Positions 10,798 through 24,600 are shown, counted from the whole stretch's first letter. The stretch: 53,390 nt of DNA, filler included, from Trypethelium eluteriae (GCA_051942245.1; 2 parts of 2 records of this genome joined end to end with filler, not necessarily neighbours in it); one strand, 5' to 3'. The notes: generated by a model not told the origin, from the sequence alone. Translations and numbers: made by a program.

Positions 10798-11760
10798 ATG
10801 GATGCCTCGTTAGATCCTGGTGGACCGAACAGGAAGAGGCATCAAAGAACTCCGTTCAAAACATGAAGTAAATGATGACGAGTTGTTGCCTGTAGAATGG
10901 AGGAGATCAATACTCAGCTCTGATAGGTACCAACGAAACAACGTCCATCCTGCTCGACACCTACTCATTAGCTAAGGGCAAATGGCCTCTTCAGTAGGTA
11001 GGTCGTCAGGTATCAAACTCAGGATCTGATTGCGTGTATCGTACAGTCATGCCATCTAGATGGCATTCGATGCTTATAGTCATCCAAAAAAAAAAAAAAA
11101 AATGTGTTCGCTCGCTGGCGTGGGGAAATCGCTGAGGGTTGCACTAATACTTTTGTCCTAATACTGTATGGCTTCTCAACGCAGACCTGGGGAAAACTCG
11201 GAGGTTACATCCGCTGCTCTTCACAGGTTATTAGCAATCGTTGAAAGAGGTTGTGCGTCGAGCCGAGAACTAGAAGGACTTTGGCGCAACGTGACCGAAT
11301 TTGAGTTCTGGTCGAGTCATGATGAGTGGAAGCATTGCTCCTGTCCTTAGATAGATAGATTATTAATGATCAAAGCGAAGAGGAATTTCAAACTTCAACG
11401 CTGCTGTCGGTCGTTCGGCTCAAATCCCTGGTTTGAGTCTGCAAGGGGGCAGAATTTGCCCCGCAAATCATATGGTCACAAACGACGCTAGAGAGGATCT
11501 CCAGTAACGGCTTGCCGGCTTCTCCTCGTCTCCCCGGCAGGATCTGTCTATACGAAGACGGAACTGGCAGGACGAGGAGCTTTTCCCAGAGTTACAATGC
11601 AGATGCGTTGGACGATCATCGGCTAGGTACCTAGTATGTGCCCTGCAGTTTCGCCGAACGCCCGGTTCTGCTGATGTTCTTTAGATTTAAGGTTACGCCA
11701 ACTGCCCGGTCTGAATACGACCTCTAAGGTAGGTAGGCTTTCGTTGAAGAGCGATCCATG

Positions 11761-13381
11761 ATGGCCCTAAAATCAGTTTTTCTCTCATCTTTGCTTCCTT
11801 GCGCCTTCGCCTTGGTGCGTCCAAACGATGTTGGCCGTCTCCCTGCTCTTGGGTAATATATATCTGCGTGAACAGTTCTCTTCTGTCATCTCGCTAATAC
11901 GTGGGAAAGCTGGAACTCCTGGAATGCTTATCACTGTGACGTGAGCGAGGATAAGATTCTCCAGGCAGCGAACTATGTTGTCTCTCTGGGACTCCAAGGC
12001 CTCGGCTACGAATACATCAATATCGATGATTGCTGGTCTGTCAAGTCGGGACGGAATACTACGACGCAACAAATCATTCCAAATGCAACAACATTTCCGG
12101 GTATGACTGTTGATTCATCAATCATTGTCTCCACTCTAACGCAGTACCAAAGATGGTATCTCGGGTACAGCCGATCAGGTCCATGCACTTGGATTGAAGA
12201 TTGGAATCTACAGTAGTGCCGGGACCGAGACGTGAGTGCTTCTGCGAATTATGTATCACTCTCTCTGAAAGAACCTCAGATGTGCAGGATACCCGGCCAG
12301 CATTGGATATGAGAATGTCGATGCGGCGACATTTGCCGCTTGGGGGATCGACTGTAAGTTCAAATCCTTAAATACTCCGTCCTTGCCTCCTTTCTTTACT
12401 TGCCTTCGCACTTTAACTCTAAACAAACGCGTAGACCTGAAGTACGATAATTGCAATGTTCCGTCCAATTGGACCGACACATGCGTCTCGTAAGTCTCAG
12501 CTCCTCGACCCTCTCCGGGAACCCCCCAACTCACATCTCGCAGCTGCGTATCCGACTACTACACCCCAGCCCTCAACCAAAACGGCTCCTGCGCCGGCGA
12601 ACCCTCCCTCTGCCCCTCCGGCTACAACTACAGCACCTCCAACACCGCGTCGCGATACCGACTGATGCGGGACGCGCTGCTCGCACAAAACCGCACCATC
12701 CTGTACAGCCTCTGCGACTGGGGCCAAGCGTACGTGGAATCGTGGGGCAACGCGACCGGCAACTCGTGGCGCATGAGCGACGACATCTCGCCGCCTTTCG
12801 AACGCATTCTCGCGATCCTGAACGAGAACTCGTTCCAGCTGAACGCCACGGATTTCTGGGGCCACAACGACGCCGACATGCTCGAGGTCGGGAATGGGAT
12901 CAGCGCCGCGCAGACGAGGAGCCATTTTGCGCTGTGGGCGGCGATGAAGAGCCCGCTGATTATCGGCACGGATTTGAGTGGCGTTTCGGACGCGGATGTT
13001 GCGGTGTTGAAGAATGCGTATTTGTTGGCGTTTAATCAGGATGCGGAGGTGGGAGCGCCGGCGACGCCGTATAAATGGGGGGTCAATCCGGATTATACAT
13101 TCAATGCCAGCTTTCCTGCCGAATATTGGAGTGGAGAGTCGAGCAATGGGACATTGGTTTTGGTGGGGAACTGGTTAAATGAGACGATGTCGAAAGTGGC
13201 GAATTATTCGGAAATTCCGGGATTGCAGGCTGGTGGAGCGTACCAGGTCGTTGATGTCTGGGCAGGTTCCAGCTTGGGCTGTGTGCAGAATGGAGTGCAG
13301 ATCAATGTGGAAGCCAACGATACCGCGGTTTATCTGATACAGGAGGGCTGTGGGTCTGTCATTCAAAAGCGTCGTACGTAG
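11761..13381 (+). CDS. Secreted GH27 alpha-galactosidase (AglB-like)
   Basis: Signal peptide [17 protein letters not shown], then [36 protein letters not shown] (nucleophile), WRMSDDI (acid/base), [10 protein letters not shown] and [15 protein letters not shown]. Five GT-AG introns. An alternative ATG is at 11758. Confidence 0.93.
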
Positions 13382-13715
13382 GGGCCGAGGGGTTCCAAGA
13401 TAAGAAGCTTTTGCTGAGCCAGAGGGCCACTTGATGTAATAATACATATGGAGAATGCCAAAGTATCAAAGCGTTTCGAGAAACTAAGAATTGTCTTGAC
13501 AGCGTGTTGCATTTTGCAATTTGTTAAGATATGTACAGAGAAAGCGTTGATAGAGTAGGTTAAATGAATTGACCTGCTCCTTCAAGAACGAGAGTATGTA
13601 CAAAGAATGTCAAGGTCAACGCTTCCACTTATATTGTTTTTTTTTTTTTTGAATATTAAGGGAGTATGTAAGCCATGTAGCATAGCCTGTGTCGCGACTT
13701 CGTCCTTAAGCAAGC

Positions 13716-14632
13716 CTAGGTGGCAATCGAGACGCTGTAAGCGGTGGTCGTAAGTTTGGCATTGGAACCACTAGTGCAAAGTCAGTAAGATTTCCTAATA
13801 GGCGAAATAAATAACGAGAGTGCCTGATTGCAGCCTTACCTGAAGGGCTCGGTGCCGGCGCCAATACTAATAAGGTGTTGGCTGAGAGAGTAACCTTCGT
13901 TGGTCGACAAGTAGGTGAAGAACTGCTTGAGATCACCGCTGAAGCTGGTCTGTTGGCTCTCGGCAACAAAGCTGTAGACAGTGGTGGCACCGTTGGGCCC
14001 GCTGTAGAGCTTCCAGGTCACGCCATCAATCGTAGGGGTGGAAACAGGACTGCCAGTCGAGCTGATAGGTCCAGCACCACCAAGAGCGCCGAGCCAGATC
14101 ATAATCTCGTACTGTGCAGAACTACCCGCAGAAGCTCCAGTGAATATATCATAGGCCACATCTGCAATTATATTGGAACCGGTATAAGACCACTTCCATG
14201 TAGACTGTATGGAAGAGACGGAGCTGAGCGCAGCGGTGTTGGTGACTTGGACATTTGCGTAGCTCTTGACCTGGCCAGCGCTATGATCATAGTTAGCGAC
14301 ATTAGTCATAATAGCTGATCGAGCAAAATTTGCTTTACCCTCCAGACCAGGACCAGGTAGTGTCCCAGCCAATGGTGTTTCCTGAGAAGCTGTTGACTTC
14401 AGAGCATTGGGAACCTGTGCCTGACGATTCGCCCCAGAGATCCTGCATCACTTAGTACAGAATTCTGAGAAGCGGCATGCTTTCGGTGTCAAACCTGATA
14501 GAGAGTGTAACTCCCGGTCTTGACGCTATCCCATTGACCACATTGAGCAGCACGCTTGTCGATGGTCTTTGTGGGCGCAGCGATGGCAAGTGCAGCGGCC
14601 GAAGCCAATGTAAGGAGAGTAGAGGGTTGCAT
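13716..14632 (-). CDS. Secreted GH12 endo-beta-1,4-glucanase, xyloglucanase (XgeA-like)
   Basis: Signal/propeptide ending in KR, then [44 protein letters not shown] (nucleophile) and AGTEPF (acid/base). Three introns; TAG at 13718-13716. Confidence 0.92.
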
Positions 14633-15840
14633 TCCGAGAGAAATAGGAGACAAGATTGTCTTGAAGACTTCAACGAGAGTGTAGGAATTTTGTATGAGCA
14701 GTGAGTGCGGAATACTGATCGAGCAGGAAAAGAATGTCAACTTCTACGAAGGTTTTTATGATAGAAGCCCGGTTAATCTCAGAACTACTCCCTTGTCATA
14801 TGGGACCAGTGGTAAAGGTTATACAGGAGCTTTCCGGGGCCATTTCTCAAAGCACCTACCTCTATGGTCTTTAAGGTATAATTGCAAGGGCAACATGGTC
14901 ATCCGGCGGTTCCCAAGCCACGAACCACATTGAACGCTGATGTTCAAAGTCTAGGATTCCCCGCAAGCTGTGTTTCTAGGTAACAAGACCTAAGAGGCGA
15001 GTTCTCAGTTTTGTCGATCTCTCAGCATTTAGATCAAATTTCCATCAATCGGAGGATCAGCGGCTGTTTCCGAGCAGAGGTGGCCCTGCGTCTGGATATT
15101 AAACGTGTGGAACCCTCAAGGTTTCATCGCCTTCACTAGTGCTTTAACGAAACCCTGGTGCCTGCGAAAAAACGCCTAGGCAACTCGGATAGCCATGTCC
15201 GAAGTTGGGAAAGTGGCTTTGCGATACTTTGAGGACTTATTGCAGGTCTGTTCTTCTCTCAGCGTGAAACGGCTCGTTTGATGGTTCCTGGTGACACGTG
15301 CGTAGGTGCTTGGTAAGTCAGGATCACCACCTTTCAATACCAACACTGGGGTGACTGGGTCAGATTGTCTATCTTGTCATTTCGAAGATAGGCTAGACTC
15401 CGGGAGACATCTAGATAAATGCATGCACCAGGGGTAATTTAGGGTAGGCTTGACCGATTAACGAGGCCTCGGTTCGAACCGCAAACTCTCGGTGTTGACT
15501 GGTTGAAGAGGAGGGGAGCACCCGGAGGGATTCGTAAGGCGAGCGGACGTACAAAATGCATAGGTCATGTGCGTTTTATGCAAGATTTGTGCCGCAACGC
15601 CTCCGATGCGGACGGCCAACGGTACATGACCCATTAGTGTCCGGGCTGCTGGTGACGAATGGTCATCTTTCGTGCCAAAGCTGTACATGTCCTTGTGGTC
15701 AAATCAGGCCTTCAAGCTTAACGATACCCTATATCAAAGCTCCTCGAACGTCTCGCTCTTTTTGCACATTCATCTATCTCTTCCTAGGCCTCACTTCAGA
15801 TCCGCAGCAGCTCGGTCGAGTACGGAACCCCTGATCGAAG

Positions 15841-17063
15841 ATGTGGCTTCATCAAGCCGAGCTGGGACTCTTGAACGTCTTATTACTTCCAAGCCTCGTC
15901 TCATCCATTTCACTAGATTGCGGGCATGTCAGGACAGAAGGCCAATCTTTTAACTTCAAATCTCTAGAAGGACCTCATTCTGTCCAATACACGAGAAACA
16001 CTCCTCCAACTATAAGAAACACAACATATACCATAGATTTATGTGCTGGATTACGGATCAAGAAGGATATGAAGAACGAGGACCAGTGTCCGGGCAACAC
16101 CAGAGGTATGAATACCCGATTTTTTTTTTTTAAACAAAAGGCTGTGAACATCTCCGAGTGAGATGGCTGTTAACAGTTGGGATTCACAGTGTGTGGCATC
16201 GAATATGACTATAATTCTGTGACTGGAACAGAGAGTATTGCGGAGGTCATACCCATTGCTGGGGAGTTTGCGCTTAATCACGGACTGGCTTTGGACCCAA
16301 AATATAAGCGATTGAAAACCTCAGAGTCGCATGCGGATGCAGACAGAGAAGGTGTACGGATCACTCTTCACGGCGGCCGATATCCCAACGAACGAAAGGG
16401 CGTGAAACAGAAGCTGATTCTTGAGATGTTGTGTGACCGTAACCGAACCGGGCTTGAAGGAGACCTAGGCGATGGCCGAGTCCCGCCACACGACAATAGT
16501 CGCACACTCACTGCCCGGAGTTACAGCGAAGATGACGACGACGAAGGTAAGGACCCAGAGGATGGTGGCGATGATGAGGATGACGGTGATGGAGACGACG
16601 AAGAAGACCAGGACAAGGATCGAAGTTTGAGGTATGTGAGTTATGGAAATGAAGGGGACGGCAAGAACGAGATGGGCGTACTTCGGCTCGAATGGCGAAC
16701 AAAATGGGCTTGCGAAGGCATGGCAGACCAAAATGATGATGGGACCGATGACGACGATAACGAGGACAAGAATAAGCACTGGGGTTTCTTCACGTGGTTC
16801 ATCATTGTGTGAGTCCTCAGAACTGAGCGTGCCCCATCTTCCAAATGATGAGCTGACAGTACAACAGTTTGTTCCTTGCGATTGCAGCATACCTAATTTT
16901 CGGCTCGTGGCTCAACTACAATCGATACGGGGCGAGGGGTTGGGATCTTCTCCCTCATGGAGATACCATTCGCGATATTCCATATATTGTCAAGGACTGG
17001 GGAAGGAAAGTCGTCAATGCAATACAAGGACCTGGATCGAGAGGCGGATACAGTGCAGTGTAA
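15841..17063 (+). CDS. ATG27: Autophagy-related protein 27 (MRH-domain type I membrane protein)
   Basis: Signal peptide, Cys-containing lumenal domain (FNFKSLEGPH, LRLEWRTKWAC), acidic insert, HWGFFTWFIIV/LFLAIAAYLIFGSWLNYNRYGARGWDLLPHGDTIRDIPY, and terminal GGYSAV (YxxPhi). Two introns. Confidence 0.92.
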
Positions 17064-18614
17064 CAAATTCACCGCCTCGTTTGTATTATTATCCTATAAC
17101 TTCGTCCGTAACGTTGCATTGACTGCATAGCGGTCGGGCGTTTTGGTTTCAAGTTGCCACCATATTCCCAACCTGGATAGATGACTCTGGACCGGTACTA
17201 CTCGTCTGTAACGTAGGCGCCTCTGATGTCGCCTCGACTGCCGATTCTTCCATAAGCACCTTAACATTTCTCAAGCCACTGGCACGTGGAGGTCATCGAA
17301 ATTCACGCTCATGCAGTCAGCAAGGGCTTTTAGATCTACTACACAAATGGGCTTCAAGCATCAAGTTCTTGCTAGAACGCGCTAGCGAACATCCCGATAC
17401 GACGGCGACGATATCTCCAAGGGAAAAAAAATTTTACGCCAGGGCGCATTGAATTTCTGAAGGGTGCTACCCTAGCTGAATGGCTAGTTGACAAAGGTTA
17501 TTAATCGCAATTAGTCTTCGCTCAGCTTCCAATTCTCCTTTATCTGAGTAGTAGAAGCGATTGAGTTGAATGCTGTCAGGCCGGTGTATCTCCGAGAGAA
17601 TTATTAGTTATGACGATCGAGACTCGTGGGAAGGTCCAGGCGCGAGTTAGGAGCGAAAGCGGCAGGGCTCTCCAGAACACTGACCAATAACGAGCGTTTC
17701 CGTCTGTTAAAATTCTTGACAAGCCACATTATGATGCAATACCTAGTGCCAGACACTGAGTAAGCCAGAATAATAGAATTGTTTGCGGCTGTAGTGCAGC
17801 TGCAAATATCCCTGCAAACATCCGTGCACCCATGTTCTAGTCTCAACTCTCCTCGTTAAAAGTTATCTTTTGCTGACTGTTAGGTAGTTAGGTACCGAAG
17901 TTAGTTCGGAGATCTCATTACACTCGGGTAAAGTAGGACAAAATCGAGGCTCAAACATCTACGACCGGTGCTACACCTTTAACGCCGATCAAGATCTACG
18001 AGTAAATATTGAGACACGGACGTAGTCACATAATTCCTAATTAGAGGGAGTCATTTCAATTCTACCACATTCTATAGCTGCACGAAGATTTGGTGTGTTA
18101 CACTGAAACATAGCTGACTCATTTGTCAAAACATTCGTAGACGTTGCAAGACTGTTAATGCTCCCGCCACTCTAGCTATAGTGAAAGTCAGCTCATGTCA
18201 TGGTGGTCATGGTCGTGATTATCCAACATGCTCGGCGAAGTAATTGTCGTTCAATTAATCAGATTGCAATTGGTACGAGACTCCATACCGTATATATGTC
18301 TGCCATTGCCGTTGAGACGTGCAGCATCGCATCAAATATCCTTTACAGTGACCTTTTGGCAGCGCCAGATAGGTTCACCATTAGCAATAGCTTTCAAACT
18401 CATCTGCGCCTTCTACCTTTGAACCAATACCAAGCTCCAACATTCGGGACATTCTGAAGAACAGCACGTCACTTCTTCAAGTGATTAGGAGGCTTCAGCA
18501 GAACCGTAGAAGCTTTGCAGGATTGCAAGAGGAAAGACCTCTCTCATCCCCAAGTACTTCTCCCTTGGCTTCGAATCTGCTCAACTTTGCAAAGGAACCG
18601 AGTCATAAGAAGAA

Positions 18615-19079
18615 ATGGCTGACCAGGAAAGGGAACGACAGGCCCAAGAGTACTACCGGCAAATTCAACAAGCCCAGCAAAGTCGTCAGACAAGCGGCAG
18701 CTCTTCGACCAGCATGCAATCTTCAGCATCTGCAGGCCAGCAATACTACGGCCAAACGGGGCAACATCCCCAGGCTGGGAATGGTCGTGGTCAACAGCCG
18801 ATTATCAACCCTCGTCCACTGCCATTTGCGCCATTTCCGTATCCGTTGCCACCACAGAATGTGTTAAATCGAGGCCAGGGAGCTTCCGGTTCGGCAGCCG
18901 GTCAAGCCTCAATATATGCGTCAACTACTGCAGCTGGATCGTCGTCATCAGGGCAGACGTCATCATACGGAGCGACAGCAGGACCTAGCTCCCAGAGCAG
19001 TACAAGCAGGGGACAGCAGCAAGGCCGGGGAAATGGCAGAGCGTCTGGGAACGGTAGCGGAGGATCAAGACGACCATGA
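18615..19079 (+). CDS. Hypothetical Q/S/G-rich low-complexity protein (154 aa)
   Basis: Single open frame with good start context (gaaATGG) and strongly biased, coherent composition. No recognisable domain. Confidence 0.55.
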   Translation: MADQERERQAQEYYRQIQQAQQSRQTSGSSSTSMQSSASAGQQYYGQTGQHPQAGNGRGQQPIINPRPLPFAPFPYPLPPQNVLNRGQGASGSAAGQASIYASTTAAGSSSSGQTSSYGATAGPSSQSSTSRGQQQGRGNGRASGNGSGGSRRP

Positions 19080-19703
19080 TCAAAAGGGACACTGTACTAT
19101 GCCAGACATGTTGGACTTGCCGCTTCAGGTTCTGCCGTGCAGGATAGAAAGGAGTTTGCGGTTAAGCTCTGTCTCTGATGTGTCAGCCACAGCATTTTCT
19201 TATGTGTTTTCAAATGATTAACGGCCGAGCTAAATTGCCAGACATGACTTTTTCCTATACATATCTGTCAAGATGATTGGAACACAGAGAAATAGAGAGT
19301 AAGACATGAACAGAGAATTTGCCTAACAGTTGAATTGAGATGTGTTGAGTCTGATTAAGTATCGCTAGAGTTGTGCATAGATGCTTGCGGAGTGACACGA
19401 GTGATCGTGCTTGCCGAGAACAAACCTTAACCTTCGCGGCACCAGCGGAGCGGATCGGTCTTACTTAAGCACTAAACTTCTTCAAGTTCCATTCTCTAAT
19501 TACGGTCTCATGCCGGAATAATTAGACTTTTCTGGTCCCTAAGGGGGTCGTACTCGTTCATAACAGATAAAAGACGAAGAAAAAGACCTCCGCGCATTTC
19601 CACTCCGTCACAGACATATCTAAGCTTCGATTTACCATTCACTTTACCAGCGATCAGCCCCTTTGGTTTGCGCATTGTGCATTAATCTACTTTCGCCGCA
19701 AGA

Positions 19704-20608
19704 ATGTCAAATCTGAGTGATGCAATTCATCCTTACTATCCGCTCGAGGCCGACATCTCGGGATTCCTCAAAAATGAGTGGTCCACTCCCGCACTACTTG
19801 CAACTTTCGCAACAGCATGTACAGCTGTATTTTCAATCACTTATGCCACCCTAAGATTCTTTCGGCCTCGACTTCCCCAATCCGAACTTCTTACCATCTT
19901 GTGGTTTGTGCTCTGTAGGTGACGTGTGCTGTCAGACTGAATAGTGTTGGCTAATAAGACCTAGGTGGTAGCATACACATTTTTTTCGAAGGTAAGACTA
20001 GTTCAAGTCATGAGATACTTCGACCATTGAACTAACCGATGCTAGGCTTCTTCGTTGCAAATTACAAGGATCTCGGAAGTTCTCAACACCCCATTGGGCA
20101 GATGTGGAAGGAATATGCCCTATCCGACTCACGCTACCTCACATCAGATCCCCTCGTACTCAGTGTCGAGGCTTTGACAGCGGTAGGACGTCCTTTCCGT
20201 CATTTTCGAAGCTTGAGACATAACAAAATCTACGGCCTTACAGATCTTCTGGGGGCCGCTATCGTTTACCATAGCTGGTTTGATCGCCGTAAACCATCCA
20301 TTGAGGCATCCACTGCAGGCGCTTGTATCTGCAGGTCAGATATATGGTGATATTCTGTACTATGCCACGAACACGTACGATCACTTCTTCAATCATATCT
20401 CGTATTCCAGACCTGAAGCATTTTATTTCTGGGTCTACTACTTCCTGATGAACTTCTTTTGGATTGTCATCCCTTCCGGTAAGTGATACGATTCGAATAG
20501 CCCCTACAGATGCTGAAAAACGAAGTACTTCTTTGCAGCAGCATTGTAGCAACGAGGAGAGCCTTCGAGACGGTAAACAGATTGGAAGAAAATAAGAAGG
20601 GCGAATGA
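19704..20608 (+). CDS. Emopamil-binding protein (EBP/EXPERA) family sterol delta8-delta7 isomerase-like
   Basis: HPYYPL, LWFVLCGSIHIFFEG, QMWKEYALSDSRYLTSD, GQIYGDILYY and YFWVYYFLMNFFWIVIP. Four introns; TGA at 20606-20608. Confidence 0.9.
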
Positions 20609-21607
20609 CGTTTAACAAAGGCGGATTTGACAGGCTTAATTATTATAAAGCAGGCATAGACAATTGATAGAAAACGGACAGACAAGCAGATGGGCCTGCC
20701 CCACACAGAGTATTTACATATGGAATACAGTATACGGTGAGTTAAGTCGAGCATTTTCGGTTGTCGCATTGTCAGACGGAGGCTGTTATTGGTTTTGGTG
20801 ATTGCGCGCGGAATTGGCTGGGCATTTCATATTGGAGTTGTTGCAGCTACTGGCCTGGTGTTTGCATGCGCTCTTCTCTGGGTACCGACCCTACTGGTCT
20901 CCATAATATGTAGGTTACTTTGCCTCAAAAACGGTATTCTGCATCCCGCCTTCGATGCAGCGATCTTCAGGCACGCAGATAGTTGTCTGGATGCTTGCAG
21001 GTCAGATTGCCAATTAACCAATCGGGGAAGAAGGTGAAATGGCCAATGCGATCGGGTCATGGAAGCTGATCCCTGCGAGGCTGACGCCGGTTCGTGCTAA
21101 CATCTGCTCTTTCCCGCCCGAGTAAACAAACCACAAACTTCACTGCACGGCGTTTGGCCGACGAATGTCTCAGTCGATACCACTCTCATTTGAAACCTGC
21201 GATTCTGATTCACCTCGAATCTCCCTCGATTACGACTAAGAATTCTTGACTACGCTTCGGAGAACGGCAACCCGATCGATAGTGGCAGTAGGAGCTCCGC
21301 GGCACGACCGGACCCACCAAACTTGCTGCATCAGCTTATACGTACATTGAAAGCGGCCTACTTGCGCTGGCAAGAGAACACTGGTGACTCCGAGCACTCC
21401 GAGCTGCGTCTCTATGATCTCAGCCACAATCTTACAGACAGTTATGGTTAGGTAGCTGTAGCTGCTGCGAGTTCTCGGCATTGATGAAGCCTACTGGAAG
21501 GTCCGTCTTCCCCTCCACATTCACTCCGGCGACTGCACCAGCGATCTCAATAACCAAACAATCCATCGGATACAATTTCTGACTGTTTGTGCCACCAGCA
21601 ATTTCCA

Positions 21608-24600
21608 ATGCCCCACTCGCCAGCCACGCCACAGTCTCGCCGCCTTTCCAACAAACGTAGTTCAGAGAGTACGCCCAAAGACAAAACGAACGGATCGCGC
21701 CCGGCTTCAGAGAAGGTTCCAAGTAACATCAAGGAGATTGACATCGGGCCTCAAGTTGGAAACTTTGACACCGCAACAGTACGAGCGAAGATCCGCAAAT
21801 GGCAGGTCCAAGGAGGAGGGGTAGTTCCGGCAGACGAGAAAGCCGAGCCAGACAATAGAGCATCAGACGTCCAAGTGGCACCTCAAGGCAATTTAAACAC
21901 CAATGCAAGCGAGTCCCCACCGAAAACACCAACGTCAGCCCCCAAAGGTCGTCGGAGCCCTAAACAAGAGAGCGGAGGAACGCCGACCGGTCGAAAAGTG
22001 ACCCACAACGTCTTGAGCGAAGATATCAAAGTCGCAAGCGCCCCTAAGAAGCGTGTCGTCAGCGATGGTCATTGGGTAAGACACAAGGGCTCCTCTCGTA
22101 TTGAGACAATACCCGGGTCAGGTTCCAAACAAGGTACACAACGAACGAAGCAGTGGGTCGAACGCATAGAGGCTGGAGATTCGAAGGACGGCACACCTGC
22201 ATCTACTCCAGGCGCATCTGCAAAACGCCGGACTTCCAAGTCGACTCCAGATGCTGAGAAAACCAGAGTTCATCGCACACCTGTAGCAAGTGGACATGAC
22301 CGCCGTCAGATCAGATCTGCAGGTCACCGACGAAGAAGGAACTCACATGGTAAGAAAATCAGGTCCGGTTCTCAAGGCTCCGCAGACTCAAAGTCCACGT
22401 CGAGTTCAGTGGAGGGTCAGGGCTCGGCGAGAAAGAACAGCAGACAAGTCTCGCAGGCCCGTTCTCAAGATGATGGGCCGGAATTGGAGGAGTCGCCCAA
22501 ACCCCGAAAATCGAGTCACAAACAGCCTGAAAAGTCTGGGGACTCGCAAGAGAAGAGCGCAACCCTGAAGAAAAAGCAACCGACGCAAAAAAACGAGCAC
22601 GCGAGCGCATCCCAAAAACAAGAATTCGGTCCTCCTATTTTCAGCAATCGCATCGAAGCGTGGCTGACCAACACTTCGGATCCGTTCCTTGACGACAAAG
22701 AGTCCTCTTCAAGGCATTCAAGTGCTGGCGCCTCTGACAACTCGAACAAACTTCGAAGATCGCCAAAGGGTTTGACAGAGAGCCACAATGACAGGATTCA
22801 TGACAGTAGCAAACAGTCACATCGCAGCTACGATGATGATAGATTCGAGGTGCACGAGAAGCCAAAATCTGCAAAGACTGCATCTGATGGGAGTCCTCAG
22901 TCAGGACTCAAGCGGAGTAAGGCGCAACGTAATGTGCAATCCCCTACCAAGGAACTACGGAGCAACAGGGTCAGAGGGGAAACGTCAACAAGAGAGCAGG
23001 ATGCTGTGACCATCGCCCCCTCATCTGTTGATCCATCGAATGAGGATGGATGGGAAGATCTTCCAATGACGCAACCACCGCCGTCACGAAAGCGATTCCC
23101 GACTACTGGCAAACGTCTTTCCACCATTGCATCTGTCGAGACCTTTCATACCCGTCACCATCATGTCGCGCCTCCTTCGATATCGGAAACATCAGAAAAT
23201 ACCGCGAAACCACAGATGGACGAATGTGCTTTACCTTCAGAAGATGGGGACACCTTTGATCCGAACTCCCACACTGGAGTCAAAGACCGAGGAACGAGCC
23301 TGAAGCGTAAAATGACTACGCACGCAGATCTCATGTCTGTTTTGTCTTTGCCTAACGCTGGTAACAAGAGCATCATGTCCGCACGCAGTATCCGCACCAA
23401 TCGAAGTCGTCTTGCAAATGCTACTATACATGATCTCATGAAAGAGTTGGAGACTGACGAAATGAAGTATATGCGTGAGTTGAAGACGCTCGTTGACGGC
23501 GTTATCCCGGTCCTTCTTACCTGCGTCCTCTCCAAATCCGACTCAGCACTAGCAGCAGGTCTCTTCGGCAAGGCAAGTTCTGGAAGTGATCCGAACATTA
23601 CAAAACCGATTGTCGACATGGGTATTGCACTCGAACGGCTCAAATCAGCCCACAGGCGTATCCCACAAAATAATCCCGATGCCCTGTTGTCCTGGGCACA
23701 GTCCACCCAGCGGATCTATGCAGACTACCTCAAAGCATGGAGGCTCGGTTTTCAAGATGTTGTTGTCAACTTGGCACCTGCTGTGGAAGAGGAGTCAAAG
23801 ACACCCCAGCCAACGGCTCGGAGTGCAGGCTGGGAAGAAGGCCTTCCACGCAATGAAGAAGGCTATGTTGTCAATGGTGATGGGGAAAGGGTTGACGTCG
23901 CCTTCCTACTCAAACGCCCTCTGGTGAGACTAAAGTATTTAGCTAAGACGCTAAAGGTAAACGACTCCTGACTTTACTGTTGGAACCTATCTGACATCAT
24001 TAGGGCATAAACACTCTCAAGCCATCTCAGCAGGCCGAGGATCTAGCTGCAAAATACCAAGATCTTGTGGTCGAGGCTCGCAAAAGATCGAATGAAGAAC
24101 GAGCTAGACTTGAAGATGAAGCCGCAGCAAGCATTGACGCCACTCGTGCTCGTGATCCAAAGACATTGGCCCCCTTGGCTGGCGTTTCCATTGACCCCAA
24201 GCGGTGTGTCACCGCGCGCGATTATTTCGATATGAATTTACGGCACTCAAGCGGCCAATTACTTGACTGCAAGGTCGAAATCTTAGTAAGGGAAGACGCC
24301 CCTGGCCACGGCAATTCTGGAGACGTCTTGATCTGCGAGGTCTCTTCTGCTGAGCGTTGGTTACTATTCCCTCCATTTGAGTGCAGTCGCGTTTCCGCAC
24401 GCAACGGGGATATTGAGAGGGAGATAGTAGTTATGATTACAGGAATGCACTCTGGAGGACAAGAATGGCAAGAACTGATGTCATTGCTTTCGCAGGATGA
24501 GCAGACCGGATTTGAATGGGTTCAAATGCTTGGCTTGAACCCTATTCCACCGGCTTTACCTCGCAAGAAGAGCTTCCACGCTAGGGAAGAATCATCATCG

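Noticed and set aside
11049..11066. 18-bp perfect palindrome ATGCCATCTAGATGGCAT near an A17 run
   Set aside because: About 0.2 such palindromes are expected by chance in 53 kb; no TIR, TSD or retroelement body is visible.
11621..11632. GGCTAG XlnR-like site and CTAGGTACCTAG-type palindrome upstream of the GH27 gene
   Set aside because: Short motifs expected by chance; similar AGGTA/TACCT words recur in many intergenic regions here.
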